Assembly: GCA_002269645.1 (NCBI GenBank)
Contig: NIVC01000176.1
Location: forward strand, 620,001 to 684,000
Reading direction: 5' to 3'
Source: Macrostomum lignano
Lineage: Eukaryota
DNA: 64,000 nucleotides
The position numbers were made by a program, and so were the translations under genes. Below the pieces are notes generated by a model. The model had not been told where the DNA came from, searched no databases, and worked only from the letters and a program-made list of their open reading frames with translations. The stretch's first letter is position 1. Each line of letters begins with the position of its first letter. Below, one piece after another: positions 62,612 to 64,000 of the stretch.

Positions 62612-63629
62612 GCAATAATTCAGAATAAGAAATATCAAATGAGTGCTAGAAAGTAAGCTCTGGCCTGTGGATGCTTTGAAATTATGTAGTAACTTTAACT
62701 TTACAATAGCAATATAGCATGCTCATCTTGTCTCTTTTCTCAACTCTTTCTTTTCTTTCTTTTTTTCCTATCTCTCCTTATTTTTTTAGGCTTCTCTTCT
62801 CTTTTCTCTTATCATATATGTTCTATCCTCTTTTCTTTTTAATTTCTTTTGGTCTACTATAAGCTAGATTCTCTACTATCTGGCCTTTGAGATAAAAAAG
62901 TTTGCTAACCTTATTTTATCTTTATAGCAATACAATGATATATTCTTATCTTATCATATTTTTTTATTGACTTTTGAAATGATTAAAATTTGGTCAAACA
63001 TGATTCAATTTTTAATATTTTAGGTTAAATTAGGGTTTTTATTTTTTTTACTAAGATCCTAGCATTTTAAGATTCAAGAATATGATTAAAATATTTGTTT
63101 AATATATAAGCATATAGAAGTTAGAAAAGATTTTCAGTTTTTAATTGATTTTGGATCCTATCCTATTTATAATCTAGAAAACCCATCACTTTTTTTTAAA
63201 GTTTAAATATTTTTATCTAAAAGATAGGATAAGATCTTTATTTAAGATTTACTCAGTTAGATAGAATTTGAAATATTTTATTATAAAAAATATATTCTTT
63301 CTTGTTTAATCTAATATTCTAATTTATTTTTTGCAGTGTAAAGCTAGGCCTAATATAGCCAATAAATCAAATATTAGATAGGATCCTATGGGTGCCAGTC
63401 GTTTTGTCTGCTGACAGTTTGTCTGCTAAGCAGATGAAAAGTTTTCTCTTTCTAAAACTGTTCATCTGCCGGGAGATGGGGGTGGGGCCGGGTATGTAGA
63501 GTGGGGTGGGGAGCTGCCCAACTCACAACCTTTCATTAACATTTTTAAACTGCTGTAGGGACAGTTAGCCTCTTCAAAATGAATCTCTTCAAAATATGTC
63601 ATCCGTGTCATCTGTAAACATTTAAACAG

Positions 63630-63740
63630 CTGCAGGTGGATCCGCAGCAGCACTGGCATAGATAGCTGCAGGTGGATCCGCGGCAGCACTGGCGTGGATA
63701 GCTGCAGGTGGATCTGCAGCAGCACTGGCGTAGACAGCAT
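63630..63740. repeat. 36-bp unit x3 (gctgcaggtggatccgcagcagcactggcatagata)
   Basis: Three imperfect tandem copies. Confidence 0.8.
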
Positions 63741-64000
63741 TTTCTGTTCTACTGTTTTTAGTTAAGCTTTCTTATTTTAGGTGATTGTAAAATAGTTTGT
63801 TAAAATGATGAAAGACTGGGCTATACATGCAGCGCTTTATAACAATGTTAATGGACAGAGAAGTTGTCCAGATAGAGGCAACTCCCCAGTCCCCCAGCTC
63901 CCTACCCCACTCCTCATCCCCATCCCATTTCCCAGCAGACGAACAGTTTTAGAAGGAAAGGGCGTTTTGTCTACTCAGCAGATGAACTGTTTTGGCAGAC

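Overview
Intron-rich, repeat-dense eukaryotic (metazoan) DNA. GC-rich Ala/Gln-rich exons, a different 14-37 bp minisatellite in most long introns, and splice acceptors just upstream of start codons suggest a free-living flatworm such as Macrostomum (inference). I reconstructed eight spliced genes by hand from splice sites and frame continuity. Minus strand: CDC23/APC8 (runs off the left edge), a four-finger matrin/JAZ-type zinc-finger gene, an intronless cupin gene, a HIRIP3-like gene, a PAFAH1B2/3-like gene and ENDOV. Plus strand: FHAD1 and prospero/PROX. Mobile DNA includes an intact, very young Ty3/gypsy LTR retrotransposon (7560-12088), a Harbinger-like MITE, hAT-like MITEs, a CORE-SINE and foldback elements. 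The most interesting observations are two divergently oriented minimal hammerhead ribozyme motifs (41506-41783), two long near-perfect hairpins flanking the main ENDOV exon, operon-like gene packing, a bacterial-looking cupin, a PAF-AH pseudoenzyme and a 7x CCAAT-box array upstream of CDC23. Most long ORFs in the supplied track are artefacts of tandem repeats. No database searches were possible; family assignments come from recalled motifs.
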